Positions 36,915 through 48,381 of a DNA stretch of 64,000 nucleotides are shown here, piece after piece. Made by a program: the position numbers and the translations under genes. The stretch lies in the NCBI RefSeq assembly GCF_045037415.1, contig NZ_CP173438.1, one strand, 5' to 3'. Position 1 is the stretch's first letter. Each line of letters begins with the position of its first letter. The notes under the pieces were generated by a model. The model saw only the letters and a program-made list of their open reading frames with translations. It was not told the origin of the DNA and ran no database searches. This DNA comes from Escherichia coli (lineage in GTDB: Bacteria; Pseudomonadota; Gammaproteobacteria; Enterobacterales; Enterobacteriaceae).

Positions 36915-37501
36915 GTGATGAACGCTACCAACAGCGTCAGCAGCGAGTGAAAGAAAAAGTAGATGCTCGTGTGGCCCAGGCCCAGGATGAACGCGGTATT
37001 ATCATCGTCTTTACCGGCAATGGAAAAGGCAAAACCACCGCGGCATTTGGTACGGCAACACGCGCAGTTGGTCACGGAAAAAAAGTGGGCGTCGTGCAGT
37101 TTATTAAAGGCACCTGGCCTAATGGTGAACGAAATCTGCTGGAGCCACACGGCGTTGAGTTTCAGGTAATGGCAACGGGCTTTACCTGGGATACACAAAA
37201 CCGAGAGTCCGATACCGCCGCCTGCCGCGAAGTCTGGCAACATGCAAAGCGGATGCTGGCTGATTCCTCACTGGATATGGTTTTGCTCGATGAACTGACA
37301 TATATGGTAGCGTATGACTATTTGCCACTGGAAGACGTGATTCAGGCGTTAAATGAACGTCCACATCAACAGACGGTGATTATCACGGGTCGAGGCTGTC
37401 ATCGGGATATTCTTGAACTGGCGGATACGGTAAGTGAGCTGCGCCCCATCAAACATGCGTTTGATGCCGGTGTAAAAGCGCAGATAGGGATTGATTACTA
37501 A
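36911..37501 (+). CDS. btuR: Cob(I)yrinic acid a,c-diamide adenosyltransferase BtuR (CobO)
   Basis: 196 aa, P-loop GNGKGKTTAA; start overlaps the yciK stop. Confidence 0.9.
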   Translation: MSDERYQQRQQRVKEKVDARVAQAQDERGIIIVFTGNGKGKTTAAFGTATRAVGHGKKVGVVQFIKGTWPNGERNLLEPHGVEFQVMATGFTWDTQNRESDTAACREVWQHAKRMLADSSLDMVLLDELTYMVAYDYLPLEDVIQALNERPHQQTVIITGRGCHRDILELADTVSELRPIKHAFDAGVKAQIGIDY

Positions 37502-37507
37502 GTGAAA

Positions 37508-37544
37508 GCACCTCAAAAGTTCGCCTCTTGAGGTGCTAATTTTA
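37508..37544 (+). terminator. Rho-independent terminator downstream of btuR
   Basis: Hairpin agcacctcaa ... ttgaggtgct followed by AATTTTA. Confidence 0.6.
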
Positions 37545-37557
37545 GATACTGAATGGC

Positions 37558-37866
37558 TTAATTAGCCACGGCAAAATTAAGAAGAGCTTGAATTTTATTC
37601 AAGTGTGCGGGATATTCCATATCATTATCCGCATTGACGTCTTCAATAAACAGTATTAATTCAGTGATCAAATCATTAGCATCTTCATAACTAATACCCG
37701 TCAGTTCTGGTGACGTTTGCGAGCCATAATTAATTGTCAGATTATTCATTACTGACAAAACCAGAATAAAATATTTGTGACATATATCGCAGGTTGTTCG
37801 GTTTCCTAAGGCATAGTACAGCATATTGAGCAATGCCAGTATTCGTCGATTTTGCACATCGTTCAT
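37558..37866 (-). CDS. Hypothetical protein, 102 aa (AT-rich islet gene 2)
   Basis: ORF 10 bp downstream of the lipoprotein gene on the same strand, markedly AT-rich; no recognisable motif. Confidence 0.5.
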   Translation of the reverse strand: MNDVQNRRILALLNMLYYALGNRTTCDICHKYFILVLSVMNNLTINYGSQTSPELTGISYEDANDLITELILFIEDVNADNDMEYPAHLNKIQALLNFAVAN

Positions 37867-37875
37867 AATGACCTC

Positions 37876-38898
37876 CTATAACATAACTCCGCTGGCAATA
37901 AGAAGTTTTGCCAGCTCCTCTGACGCCTGTAGACCACTAATAACTTGAGAACGAAGGATCTCATTTCTACGCTCTAAATCCGCTTTTGAAAGAGATTTAT
38001 TAGAGTATAAATCTTGTAGATGATTTCCTTTATCCATGAAGGCATTAATAGCTTGTATTGCTGGAGCCGCCGGATCAGATGAACGCAATCTGCTTTCATT
38101 AAGATTAATTACTGCACTCAAAAATTCCTGCCTGCTCTTTAATGTCTTAAACTCTATATTTTTAGTATTTGCCTGGGCCTTATTGTAGTAATAAAAATTA
38201 TTACTGATGTTCGCATAATTATTCCGATCCATTTGCTGCTGTTTCGTTGCTATATCATCGAGTAAATCTTGTAAATTTCTTTGAAGTCGAGGCCAGTCAC
38301 TACCTACCGTTTTACCAACATTTTCTGATTTAATCTTCTCTTTGTATAATCCATTGAAATATTGAACTAAATCTTTAACAGCCACAACTGACTTAGTCAA
38401 TTCTTCACCTTCTGAAAGGCCAAGTAGTTTTTGGGCGTTGTTTGCGTGATCGAGCGCCTGATTAAGTAATATAATTTGTTTACTATCCTCAACATCCATA
38501 CCCACCGTCAACAACTCCACATAGGAACTCATACTGTTAACGACCTCAAGTGAAGCCAGTAGTTTTTGTTTTTCTGTTGTTGCCAATTGAATTTTAGTAA
38601 TGTCTTTATACGATGTTTTGCCCCCTTTCTCTGATTGCAAACATAAGGACTCTTTATTAGTATTATTTTCCATAATCGTTTCGTAATCAGGTCGCAATGC
38701 ACAATCCGGATTAGTCGCATAAAAATTAACAAGAAAGTTTTCACGAGAAGCATAGTATTGTTTAAAGAAACTTGCATTCGCCGCAACCGCCTTGTTACCC
38801 GCAGTAATAACAGTTTCAGCTTGTTCATTCTTCAATGCTTCGGTTGCACAACCTGAAAGCATTAACAGCGATAGAAATATTCCACTATATCTAATCAT
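37876..38898 (-). CDS. Hypothetical lipoprotein, 340 aa (AT-rich islet gene 1)
   Basis: Signal peptide with lipobox LMLSGC (Cys17); hydrophilic, helix-rich body; AT-rich codon usage unlike the flanking genes. Confidence 0.6.
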   Translation of the reverse strand: MIRYSGIFLSLLMLSGCATEALKNEQAETVITAGNKAVAANASFFKQYYASRENFLVNFYATNPDCALRPDYETIMENNTNKESLCLQSEKGGKTSYKDITKIQLATTEKQKLLASLEVVNSMSSYVELLTVGMDVEDSKQIILLNQALDHANNAQKLLGLSEGEELTKSVVAVKDLVQYFNGLYKEKIKSENVGKTVGSDWPRLQRNLQDLLDDIATKQQQMDRNNYANISNNFYYYNKAQANTKNIEFKTLKSRQEFLSAVINLNESRLRSSDPAAPAIQAINAFMDKGNHLQDLYSNKSLSKADLERRNEILRSQVISGLQASEELAKLLIASGVML

Positions 38899-39027
38899 AA
38901 CCCACCTCTTGACGTTGAGTTTATCTCAGATAATTAAATAGTAATGTGGCTATTCCCTGGCATTATTCATAAGCAAGTATGAAATTAAATTAAAATACTG
39001 CGACTATTTATCATACTTCAAATGAAG

Positions 39028-39056
39028 AAAAGGCCCCGCAGGGCCTTTATTTAATA
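39028..39056 (-). terminator. Terminator hairpin downstream of rluB
   Basis: Hairpin aaaggccccgcagggccttt with flanking T-rich tracts. Confidence 0.55.
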
Positions 39057-39067
39057 CTTAACTTAAA

Positions 39068-39943
39068 TTAACCGTTATTATTACGTCCGCCAGAACGACG
39101 ACCGCCGCTCACCTGACTGTGACGTTTCACCGCACGACGAATCTGATTCGCCTTCATACGACGACGGTCTTTTTCTACAGCGACTTTAGAGCTGGTTTCT
39201 GGCGGTAGTTCCACCAGTTCGCGCAGATAGTTAGTCTGGGCGAGGTCCAGCTCCGTCCAGCCACCGCGTGGCAGACCTTTTGGCAGTGGGATATCACCGT
39301 AACGAACGCGAATCAGGCGGCTCACCTGCACACCAACCGCTTCCCACAGACGACGAACTTCACGGTTACGGCCTTCGGTCAGAGTAACGTTGTACCACTG
39401 GTTGATCCCTTCGCCGCCGCTGAACTTGATGGTTTTAAAGGCTGCCGGACCATCTTCCAGCTGCACGCCACGACTCAAATCACGCAGTTTCGCGTCGTCA
39501 ACCTGACCAAATACACGCACGGCATATTCACGTTCAACTTCACGGCTTGGATGCATTAAACGGTTTGCCAGTTCACCGTCGGTGGTGAACAACAACAGAC
39601 CACAGGTGTTAACGTCCAGACGACCTACGGCAATCCAGCGTGCGCCACGCAGCTTTGGCAGACGGTCAAACACCGTTGGACGCCCTTCCGGATCGTTACG
39701 GGTACACAACTCACCTTCCGGTTTGTAATAGGCCAGAACGCGACAAATTTGTTCAGCGGACTCACGTACCGAAATCAGGTGACCATCGATACGGATTTTC
39801 AGTCCAGGGGTAATTTCAACGCGATCGCCGAGTTTAGCAATTTTGCCATCAACACTCACACGACCGGCTTCAATAATAGATTCGATTTCACGGCGAGAAC
39901 CGTGGCCGGCACGCGCCAGCACTTTCTGTAGCTTTTCGCTCAT
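39068..39943 (-). CDS. rluB: 23S rRNA pseudouridine synthase RluB
   Basis: 291 aa with an S4 domain, RsuA-family core and Arg/Gly-rich C-terminal tail. Confidence 0.9.
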   Translation of the reverse strand: MSEKLQKVLARAGHGSRREIESIIEAGRVSVDGKIAKLGDRVEITPGLKIRIDGHLISVRESAEQICRVLAYYKPEGELCTRNDPEGRPTVFDRLPKLRGARWIAVGRLDVNTCGLLLFTTDGELANRLMHPSREVEREYAVRVFGQVDDAKLRDLSRGVQLEDGPAAFKTIKFSGGEGINQWYNVTLTEGRNREVRRLWEAVGVQVSRLIRVRYGDIPLPKGLPRGGWTELDLAQTNYLRELVELPPETSSKVAVEKDRRRMKANQIRRAVKRHSQVSGGRRSGGRNNNG

Positions 39944-40155
39944 AGAGCTTCCTTTTGGTGTCGCCTTCCCAGGCGTCTGATATGCTTTTGTGCAACAATG
40001 AGTCAGAACTTACATCTGACTCACTGATAGTAAAGTCTGTTTGAACTCTTCAGGCCTTAAGTAAACGACTCGACGTTTTAACTGGCCTGGCTTTGAGGCG
40101 CAACATACTACACTATCTTTATGGTTAAAGCTTGTTTCGATTAACATCAGCTTTA

Positions 40156-42051
40156 TTACCAGCCACCACCGCCTCCGCCACCCGCACCGCCGCCAGCACC
40201 ACCACCGGAATAACTTCGCCCCAACAAACTGGTATTGGCCCCCAGACTCAGATGCATCTGTAATGAGAACAAAACGCCACTACGGGCAATTTCCGGGGCG
40301 CGGACAGCCGCTGTGAGTGATGGGGTGATACGTGCAGCCCATTCTCTGCCAAGGTTTGCCGAGACCGCCCAACCTAACAAAGCGTAATCCAGTTTCCGTG
40401 CTTCCCCTTTCCTCCGCCGCCCACTGTGTGTTGCTGCCTCTTTACGCGCAAGATAGTTAACGATAGCTTCACCGTGGGCATAACGTTGCTGCCCAGTTTG
40501 GGTAAACTTTGGCAGAAAAATATACCCCATGCCAGTGAGATAACCGGTCAGGAAAACAGCGCTAAAATAACCCGCTGGCATATACCAGTAAAAGAATACA
40601 TCTCCGACATTGATGTAGAGAGAATAGAAGGCCACGCCTGAACAAATCAGTGGTAAAAACAAAGTGATGATTACACGATTAACGCAAGGCTTGTCATCAT
40701 CGCGGGCAAACAAAAGCTCAAGGGAACAAAATAAGAAAGGAAGAAGCCAGCAGATCATAATAAACATATCGCCTACCAGACTCATTCCTGCCCAACCTAC
40801 GGGACTCAGGTTACCGTAGAGAATGACCGCCAATATCGCCATCCCGCCCCATTGCAAAAACGCATCAGGTCGGTAAAACGAAGACTTTTTACGCGGCAGA
40901 TAAAATTTCTGCATCCGTAAAAATGCCTTGCGTAAGACTCTGTTGCGTCTCCCCGTAAGAACGACCTTATCGCCTTTACGAAATAACGCTTCCAGTAATA
41001 ACTGCTCTGCGGGCAGTAATACCGCATTATTTCTGGTCGCGCCTTCATTAACACGAATCAGGATTTGCTGGTTCTTGTCATAATGAGCTTCCAGATGAAT
41101 TTTTCCTTTCACAATCAGATTTACGATATCGGCGCAAAAACCTTTATCGTCATAAACCAGCTTCGCATCGAGACGTAACATGCCGGGCGTGTAATCTGGC
41201 GGAATGACATCGGTTTCAATCACATCTACCGGCGTAAATTGCGGCCTGCGCTTCCAGAGATATAACCATCCACACGCCAGGAACAGGCACGGAAACCAAA
41301 TTAACAACGATGACGTAGAGGGTAAAAGAAGATGGCTGAAAATATTCGTCGTTTGTGGTGCCGGGGCATTACCAAGTAAAGCGTGAGGCCAGCGGTAGAG
41401 GACCGTGAAATCTTCACGATAAAACGGATCGCGAGATTCAATTCTTCCGTCCTCAAGGATGCGGCCATTTCGATATGTGTCGCCCTCATCTCCGGTAAAG
41501 AGATCGATTTCGCTAAATGGATTACCCGCAATATCAGGCAACTTGAGTGAAAATAGGGTCTTATATATTTCAAACGGCCAGTGGTTACCGGTCACGTTCC
41601 AGATTAGCAGATCAGAATCCCCCTCACGCAGGAAAGCATTTTTAACCTGATAATGAATTTGATAATGATAGTCGCCTTGAGGCAAGAAACGTTGTTTATC
41701 GCCCACGACAATACTCATTAACCCGATATGCCAGTCAAGATGCCAGGGTTCAGAAATACCATCACGGGTGACGCCAACAATATGATAGTTCAGCAGTGCA
41801 GCGTCCCCATCAGGCTGCATCCAGAGTCGCGGTAAATCACGATAAAATCCGTGCTTAATCTGCTGATTTCGCGCCTGAAAATGAATGTTCTCTTTGATGT
41901 CGAGCACCCCATTCGGTTGCAGAGTGGCTTCAACATCAAAGAGCGAGATCCCTTCTTCATAAGAAGGGATCTCCGTGTTTTTCGCATAACTCAACGAAGA
42001 GAAAAAAAGCCCAACTATCAATAGCAAAATGCAGCGATATATCCCTGCCAT
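40156..42051 (-). CDS. yciQ: Inner membrane protein YciQ (DUF2207 family)
   Basis: 631 aa with multiple transmembrane segments and a Gly-rich C-terminus, in the K-12 position. Confidence 0.8.
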   Translation of the reverse strand: MAGIYRCILLLIVGLFFSSLSYAKNTEIPSYEEGISLFDVEATLQPNGVLDIKENIHFQARNQQIKHGFYRDLPRLWMQPDGDAALLNYHIVGVTRDGISEPWHLDWHIGLMSIVVGDKQRFLPQGDYHYQIHYQVKNAFLREGDSDLLIWNVTGNHWPFEIYKTLFSLKLPDIAGNPFSEIDLFTGDEGDTYRNGRILEDGRIESRDPFYREDFTVLYRWPHALLGNAPAPQTTNIFSHLLLPSTSSLLIWFPCLFLACGWLYLWKRRPQFTPVDVIETDVIPPDYTPGMLRLDAKLVYDDKGFCADIVNLIVKGKIHLEAHYDKNQQILIRVNEGATRNNAVLLPAEQLLLEALFRKGDKVVLTGRRNRVLRKAFLRMQKFYLPRKKSSFYRPDAFLQWGGMAILAVILYGNLSPVGWAGMSLVGDMFIMICWLLPFLFCSLELLFARDDDKPCVNRVIITLFLPLICSGVAFYSLYINVGDVFFYWYMPAGYFSAVFLTGYLTGMGYIFLPKFTQTGQQRYAHGEAIVNYLARKEAATHSGRRRKGEARKLDYALLGWAVSANLGREWAARITPSLTAAVRAPEIARSGVLFSLQMHLSLGANTSLLGRSYSGGGAGGGAGGGGGGGW

Positions 42052-42078
42052 AATCTTCCATCCGTGGAACGCAATTTG

Positions 42079-42699
42079 TTATAAGAAAGGCTTCACATCA
42101 CCTACGCCTTCACGCACCACGACCGGCGTATCATCGGTGAGATCAATAACCGTTGTTGGTTTCTGCCCGAGATAGCCGCCGTGAATAATCAAATCCACCT
42201 GTTTTTCCAGACGGTCTTTAATTTCTTCCGGATCGGATTCGGTAAATTCACTGCCTGGCAGCATTAGCGAAGTGGAAAGCATCGGTTCGCCCAATGCTTC
42301 AAGCAGCGCCTGCGCAATCGGGTTAGACGGCACGCGCATACCGATGGTTTTGCGTTTTTCCTGCAACAGACGGCGTGGCACCTCCTTAGTCCCCTTCAGG
42401 ATGAAGGTATAGTTGCCTGGCGTGTTGTTTTTCATCAAACGAAACGCAACGTTATCGACAAATGAATAGGTCGAGAGTTCAGAAAGATCGCGACACATCA
42501 GGGTAAAGTTGTGACCGTCCGGCAGCTGGCGAATACGACAAATACGCTCCATCGCGTTTTTATCTTCAATTTTACAGCCGAGCGCATAGCCGGAATCAGT
42601 TGGATAAACAATCACCCCGCCTTTACGCACGATCTCCACCGCCTGGTTGATCAGGCGTTGCTGCGGGTTATCAGGATGAATATAAAAAAACTGGCTCAT
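42079..42699 (-). CDS. yciO: YciO (YrdC/Sua5 family protein)
   Basis: Start placed at MSQFFYIHP; overlaps the trpH stop; the ORF track extends to 42735. Confidence 0.85.
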   Translation of the reverse strand: MSQFFYIHPDNPQQRLINQAVEIVRKGGVIVYPTDSGYALGCKIEDKNAMERICRIRQLPDGHNFTLMCRDLSELSTYSFVDNVAFRLMKNNTPGNYTFILKGTKEVPRRLLQEKRKTIGMRVPSNPIAQALLEALGEPMLSTSLMLPGSEFTESDPEEIKDRLEKQVDLIIHGGYLGQKPTTVIDLTDDTPVVVREGVGDVKPFL

Positions 42700-43577
42700 A
42701 ATTCCCTCTCTGTGGTGTTCTGCGGCTGTTCCCATAGCTGCCAGACGCCTTCAACGCCTGCGGGCAGCCAGAGTTTACGACCCAGTTCGATCCACGGGCA
42801 TGGTTGATGAAAATCAGATCCTTGTGATGCCCATAAATGATGCTGACGCGCAAGTGTCGCCAGCTGGGTGCGTTCATTGGGCGATTGCTGGCACTGCGCG
42901 ACTTCCATCGCGTCGCCGTGGTGTTCGGCAAAATGCGCAACCAATCTTTTCAGCCATTTAGCACTAAGATTGTACCGCCCTGGATGAGCTAGCACCGCCT
43001 TACCGCCAGAATGATGAATGACATCAATAGCTTGTTCTATTGTACACCACTGTGGCGGAACGTATCCGGTTTTCCCGCGCGCCAGATACTTTTTAAAGAC
43101 ATCCGCCATTGAACTGGCTTTTCCGCACTCCACAAGGAAACGCGCAAAATGACCGCGCGTCACCGCACCGCCCTGCGCCAGTTGTTGCGCGCCTTCCAGT
43201 GCCCCAGGTATTTGTGCTTTTTCAAGTCTTTCGGCAATCAGCTGCGCCCGCTGATTGCGCCGTTCTGTCTGCTGCGCGAGGAACTCACACATTAGCGGAT
43301 GAGTAATATCAATATTCAGCCCGACAATATGAATTTCATGATTTTCCCAGACCGTGGAAATTTCCACACCAGGAATAAGATTCAGCGCCAGTCCCGAACG
43401 TGAAATTTCCTCTCTTGCTGGTGCAATTGCAGCTGTGGTGTCATGGTCGGTGATCGCCAGGGTGCCGACGCGCATCTCGACTGCACGGTGCACCAATGCT
43501 TCTGGCGTCAGGCAGCCATCGGAAGCTGTGGTATGGCTGTGCAGGTCGTAAATCACTGAGTAATTCGTGTCGCTCAA
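42696..43577 (-). CDS. trpH: PHP-domain 5'-3' exoribonuclease TrpH (YciV, RNase AM)
   Basis: 293 aa, PHP domain histidines (HSHTTASDG). Confidence 0.85.
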   Translation of the reverse strand: MSDTNYSVIYDLHSHTTASDGCLTPEALVHRAVEMRVGTLAITDHDTTAAIAPAREEISRSGLALNLIPGVEISTVWENHEIHIVGLNIDITHPLMCEFLAQQTERRNQRAQLIAERLEKAQIPGALEGAQQLAQGGAVTRGHFARFLVECGKASSMADVFKKYLARGKTGYVPPQWCTIEQAIDVIHHSGGKAVLAHPGRYNLSAKWLKRLVAHFAEHHGDAMEVAQCQQSPNERTQLATLARQHHLWASQGSDFHQPCPWIELGRKLWLPAGVEGVWQLWEQPQNTTEREL

Positions 43578-43648
43578 GGCGCACTCCCGTTCTGGATAAT
43601 GTTTTTTGCGCCGACATCATAACGGTTCTGGCAAATATTCTGAAATGA

Positions 43649-43683
43649 GCTGTTGACAATTAATCATCGAACTAGTTAACTAG
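43649..43683 (+). promoter_or_regulatory. trp promoter (-35 TTGACA, -10 TTAACT) with overlapping TrpR operator palindrome ACTAGTTAACTAGT
   Basis: Canonical trp promoter/operator sequence read directly (ttgacaattaatcatcgaactagttaactagtacgcaag). Confidence 0.9.
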
Positions 43684-43714
43684 TACGCAAGTTCACGTAA
43701 AAAGGGTATCGACA

Positions 43715-43759
43715 ATGAAAGCAATTTTCGTACTGAAAGGTTGGTGGCGCACTTCCTGA
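43715..43759 (+). CDS. trpL: trp operon leader peptide ([14 protein letters not shown])
   Basis: 14-codon ORF with tandem Trp codons upstream of the attenuator. Confidence 0.9.
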
Positions 43760-43801
43760 AACGGGCAGTGTATTCACCATGCGTAAAGCAATCAGATACC
43801 C

Positions 43802-43829
43802 AGCCCGCCTAATGAGCGGGCTTTTTTTT
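43802..43829 (+). terminator. trp attenuator terminator (3:4 hairpin with U-tract)
   Basis: Hairpin agcccgcc-taatga-gcgggct followed by TTTTTTTT. Confidence 0.9.
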
Positions 43830-43850
43830 GAACAAAATTAGAGAATAACA

Positions 43851-45413
43851 ATGCAAACACAAAAACCGACTCTCGAACTGCTAACCTGCGTAGGCGCTTA
43901 TCGCGACAACCCAACCGCGCTTTTTCACCAGTTGTGTGGGGATCGTCCGGCAACGCTGCTGCTGGAATCCGCAGATATCGACAGCAAAGATGATTTAAAA
44001 AGCCTGCTACTGGTAGACAGTGCGCTGCGCATTACAGCATTAGGTGACACCGTCACAATCCAGGCACTTTCCGGCAATGGCGAAGCCCTGCTGGCACTAC
44101 TGGATAACGCCCTGCCTGCGGGTGTGGAAAATGAACAATCACCAAACTGCCGCGTACTGCGCTTCCCGCCTGTCAGTCCACTGCTGGATGAAGACGCCCG
44201 CTTATGCTCCCTTTCGGTTTTTGACGCATTCCGCTTATTACAGAATCTGTTGAATGTACCGAAGGAAGAACGAGAAGCAATGTTCTTCGGCGGCCTGTTC
44301 TCTTATGACCTTGTGGCGGGATTTGAAGATTTACCGCAACTGTCAGCGGAAAATAACTGCCCTGATTTCTGTTTTTATCTCGCTGAAACGCTGATGGTGA
44401 TTGACCATCAGAAAAAAAGCACCCGTATTCAGGCCAGCCTGTTTGCTCCGAATGAAGAAGAAAAACAACGTCTCACTGCTCGCCTTAACGAACTACGTCA
44501 GCAACTGACCGAAGCCGCGCCGCCGCTGCCGGTGGTTTCCGTGCCGCATATGCGTTGTGAATGTAACCAGAGCGATGAAGAGTTCGGTGGCGTAGTGCGT
44601 TTGTTGCAAAAAGCGATTCGCGCCGGAGAAATTTTCCAGGTGGTGCCATCTCGCCGTTTCTCTCTGCCCTGCCCGTCACCGCTGGCGGCCTATTACGTGC
44701 TGAAAAAGAGTAATCCCAGCCCGTACATGTTTTTTATGCAGGATAATGATTTCACCCTGTTTGGCGCGTCGCCGGAAAGTTCGCTCAAGTATGACGCCAC
44801 CAGCCGCCAGATTGAGATTTACCCGATTGCCGGAACACGTCCACGCGGTCGTCGTGCCGATGGTTCACTGGATAGAGACCTCGACAGCCGCATCGAACTG
44901 GAGATGCGTACCGATCATAAAGAGCTTTCTGAACATCTGATGCTGGTGGATCTCGCCCGTAATGACCTGGCGCGTATTTGCACCCCCGGCAGCCGCTACG
45001 TCGCCGATCTCACCAAAGTTGACCGTTACTCTTACGTGATGCACCTGGTCTCCCGCGTTGTTGGTGAGCTGCGCCACGATCTCGACGCCCTGCACGCTTA
45101 CCGCGCCTGTATGAATATGGGGACGTTAAGCGGTGCGCCGAAAGTACGCGCTATGCAGTTAATTGCCGAAGCAGAAGGTCGTCGCCGCGGCAGCTACGGC
45201 GGCGCGGTAGGTTATTTTACCGCGCATGGCGATCTCGACACCTGCATTGTGATCCGCTCGGCGCTGGTAGAGAACGGAGTCGCCACCGTGCAAGCCGGTG
45301 CTGGCGTGGTACTTGATTCTGTTCCGCAGTCGGAAGCCGACGAAACCCGTAATAAAGCCCGCGCTGTACTGCGCGCTATTGCCACCGCGCATCATGCACA
45401 GGAGACGTTCTAA
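43851..45413 (+). CDS. trpE: Anthranilate synthase component I
   Basis: 520-aa ORF recognised as E. coli TrpE. Confidence 0.95.
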   Translation: MQTQKPTLELLTCVGAYRDNPTALFHQLCGDRPATLLLESADIDSKDDLKSLLLVDSALRITALGDTVTIQALSGNGEALLALLDNALPAGVENEQSPNCRVLRFPPVSPLLDEDARLCSLSVFDAFRLLQNLLNVPKEEREAMFFGGLFSYDLVAGFEDLPQLSAENNCPDFCFYLAETLMVIDHQKKSTRIQASLFAPNEEEKQRLTARLNELRQQLTEAAPPLPVVSVPHMRCECNQSDEEFGGVVRLLQKAIRAGEIFQVVPSRRFSLPCPSPLAAYYVLKKSNPSPYMFFMQDNDFTLFGASPESSLKYDATSRQIEIYPIAGTRPRGRRADGSLDRDLDSRIELEMRTDHKELSEHLMLVDLARNDLARICTPGSRYVADLTKVDRYSYVMHLVSRVVGELRHDLDALHAYRACMNMGTLSGAPKVRAMQLIAEAEGRRRGSYGGAVGYFTAHGDLDTCIVIRSALVENGVATVQAGAGVVLDSVPQSEADETRNKARAVLRAIATAHHAQETF

Positions 45414-47008
45414 TGGCTGACATTCTGCTGCTCGATAATATCGACTCTTTTACTTACAACCTGGCAGATCAGTTGCGCAGCAATGGTCATAACGTGGTGA
45501 TTTACCGCAACCATATTCCGGCGCAGACCTTAATTGAACGCCTGGCGACGATGAGCAATCCGGTGCTGATGCTTTCTCCTGGCCCCGGTGTGCCGAGCGA
45601 AGCCGGTTGTATGCCGGAACTCCTCACCCGCTTGCGTGGCAAGCTGCCAATTATTGGCATTTGCCTCGGACATCAGGCGATTGTCGAAGCTTACGGGGGC
45701 TATGTCGGTCAGGCGGGCGAAATTCTTCACGGTAAAGCGTCGAGCATTGAACATGACGGTCAGGCGATGTTTGCCGGATTAACAAACCCGCTGCCAGTGG
45801 CGCGTTATCACTCGCTGGTTGGCAGTAATATTCCGGCCGGTTTAACCATCAACGCCCATTTTAATGGCATGGTGATGGCGGTGCGCCACGATGCGGATCG
45901 CGTTTGTGGATTCCAGTTCCATCCGGAATCCATTCTTACTACCCAGGGCGCTCGCCTGCTGGAACAAACGCTGGCCTGGGCGCAGCAGAAACTAGAGCAA
46001 ACCAACACGCTGCAACCGATTCTGGAAAAACTGTATCAGGCACAGACGCTTAGCCAACAAGAAAGCCACCAGCTGTTTTCAGCGGTGGTACGTGGCGAGC
46101 TGAAGCCGGAACAACTGGCGGCGGCGCTGGTGAGCATGAAAATTCGCGGTGAGCACCCGAACGAGATCGCCGGGGCAGCAACCGCGCTACTGGAAAACGC
46201 CGCGCCGTTCCCGCGCCCGGATTATCTGTTTGCCGATATCGTCGGTACTGGCGGTGACGGCAGCAACAGCATCAATATTTCTACCGCCAGTGCGTTTGTC
46301 GCCGCGGCCTGCGGGCTGAAAGTGGCGAAACACGGCAACCGTTGCGTCTCCAGTAAATCCGGCTCGTCGGATCTGCTGGCGGCGTTCGGTATTAATCTTG
46401 ATATGAACGCCGATAAATCGCGCCAGGCGCTGGATGAATTAGGCGTCTGTTTCCTCTTTGCACCGAAATATCACACCGGATTCCGCCATGCAATGCCGGT
46501 TCGCCAGCAACTGAAAACCCGCACACTGTTCAATGTGCTGGGGCCATTAATTAACCCGGCGCATCCTCCGCTGGCGTTAATTGGTGTCTACAGCCCGGAG
46601 CTGGTGCTGCCGATTGCCGAAACCTTGCGCGTGCTGGGGTATCAACGCGCGGCAGTGGTGCACAGCGGCGGGATGGATGAAGTTTCATTACACGCGCCGA
46701 CAATCGTTGCCGAACTGCATGACGGCGAAATTAAGAGCTATCAATTGACCGCTGAAGATTTTGGCCTGACACCCTACCACCAGGAGCAACTGGCAGGCGG
46801 AACACCGGAAGAAAACCGTGACATTTTAACACGCTTGTTACAAGGTAAAGGCGACGCCGCTCACGAAGCAGCCGTCGCGGCGAATGTCGCCATGTTAATG
46901 CGCCTGCATGGCCATGAAGATCTGCAAGCCAATGCGCAAACCGTTCTTGAGGTACTGCGCAGTGGTTCCGCTTACGACAGAGTCACCGCACTGGCGGCAC
47001 GAGGGTAA
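45413..47008 (+). CDS. trpD: Anthranilate synthase component II / anthranilate phosphoribosyltransferase (bifunctional)
   Basis: 531 aa with glutamine amidotransferase and PRT domains; start overlaps the trpE stop. Confidence 0.95.
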   Translation: MADILLLDNIDSFTYNLADQLRSNGHNVVIYRNHIPAQTLIERLATMSNPVLMLSPGPGVPSEAGCMPELLTRLRGKLPIIGICLGHQAIVEAYGGYVGQAGEILHGKASSIEHDGQAMFAGLTNPLPVARYHSLVGSNIPAGLTINAHFNGMVMAVRHDADRVCGFQFHPESILTTQGARLLEQTLAWAQQKLEQTNTLQPILEKLYQAQTLSQQESHQLFSAVVRGELKPEQLAAALVSMKIRGEHPNEIAGAATALLENAAPFPRPDYLFADIVGTGGDGSNSINISTASAFVAAACGLKVAKHGNRCVSSKSGSSDLLAAFGINLDMNADKSRQALDELGVCFLFAPKYHTGFRHAMPVRQQLKTRTLFNVLGPLINPAHPPLALIGVYSPELVLPIAETLRVLGYQRAAVVHSGGMDEVSLHAPTIVAELHDGEIKSYQLTAEDFGLTPYHQEQLAGGTPEENRDILTRLLQGKGDAAHEAAVAANVAMLMRLHGHEDLQANAQTVLEVLRSGSAYDRVTALAARG

Positions 47009-47011
47009 ATA

Positions 47012-48370
47012 ATGCAAACCGTTTTAGCGAAAATCGTCGCAGACAAGGCGATTTGGGTAGAAGCCCGCAAACAGCAGCAACCGCTGGCCAGTTTTCAGAA
47101 TGAGATTCAGCCGAGCACGCGACATTTTTATGATGCGCTACAGGGTGCACGCACGGCGTTTATTCTGGAGTGCAAAAAAGCGTCGCCGTCAAAAGGCGTG
47201 ATCCGTGATGATTTCGATCCGGCACGCATTGCTGCCATTTATAAACATTACGCTTCGGCAATTTCAGTGCTGACTGATGAGAAATATTTTCAGGGGAGCT
47301 TTGATTTCCTCCCCATCGTCAGCCAAATCGCCCCGCAGCCGATTTTATGTAAAGACTTCATTATCGATCCTTACCAGATCTATCTGGCGCGCTATTACCA
47401 GGCCGATGCCTGCTTATTAATGCTTTCAGTACTGGATGACGAACAATATCGCCAGCTTGCAGCCGTCGCCCACAGTCTGGAGATGGGTGTGCTGACCGAA
47501 GTCAGTAATGAAGAGGAACTGGAGCGCGCCATTGCATTGGGGGCAAAGGTCGTTGGCATCAACAACCGCGATCTGCGCGATTTGTCGATTGATCTCAACC
47601 GTACCCGCGAGCTTGCACCGAAACTGGGGCACAACGTGACGGTAATCAGCGAATCCGGCATCAATACTTACGCTCAGGTGCGCGAGTTAAGCCACTTCGC
47701 TAACGGCTTTCTGATTGGTTCGGCGTTGATGGCCCATGACGATTTGAACGCCGCTGTGCGTCGGGTGTTGCTGGGTGAGAATAAAGTATGTGGCCTGACA
47801 CGTGGGCAAGATGCTAAAGCAGCTTATGACGCGGGCGCGATTTACGGTGGGTTGATTTTTGTTGCGACATCACCGCGTTGCGTCAACGTTGAACAGGCGC
47901 AGGAAGTGATGGCTGCGGCACCGTTGCAGTATGTTGGCGTGTTCCGCAATCACGATATTGCCGATGTGGTGGACAAAGCTAAGGTGTTATCGCTGGCGGC
48001 AGTGCAACTGCATGGTAATGAAGATCAGCTGTATATCGACACTCTGCGTGAGGCTCTGCCAGCACACGTCGCCATCTGGAAGGCTTTAAGTGTCGGTGAA
48101 ACTCTTCCCGCGCGCGATTTTCAGCACATCGATAAATATGTATTCGACAACGGTCAGGGCGGGAGCGGACAACGTTTCGACTGGTCACTATTAAATGGTC
48201 AATCGCTTGGCAACGTTCTGCTGGCGGGGGGCTTAGGCGCAGATAACTGCGTGGAAGCGGCACAAACCGGCTGCGCCGGGCTTGATTTTAATTCTGCTGT
48301 AGAGTCGCAACCGGGTATCAAAGACGCACGTCTTTTGGCCTCGGTTTTCCAGACGCTGCGCGCATATTAA
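47012..48370 (+). CDS. trpC: Indole-3-glycerol phosphate synthase / phosphoribosylanthranilate isomerase (bifunctional)
   Basis: 452-aa ORF in the trp operon position. Confidence 0.95.
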
Positions 48371-48381
48371 GGAAAGGAACA

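Noticed and set aside
40156-40215. Gly-rich C-terminal tail of YciQ (GGGAGGGAGGGGGGGW)
   Set aside because: Simple-sequence tract within a conserved backbone gene; possibly length-variable, but I see no evidence of a separate feature.
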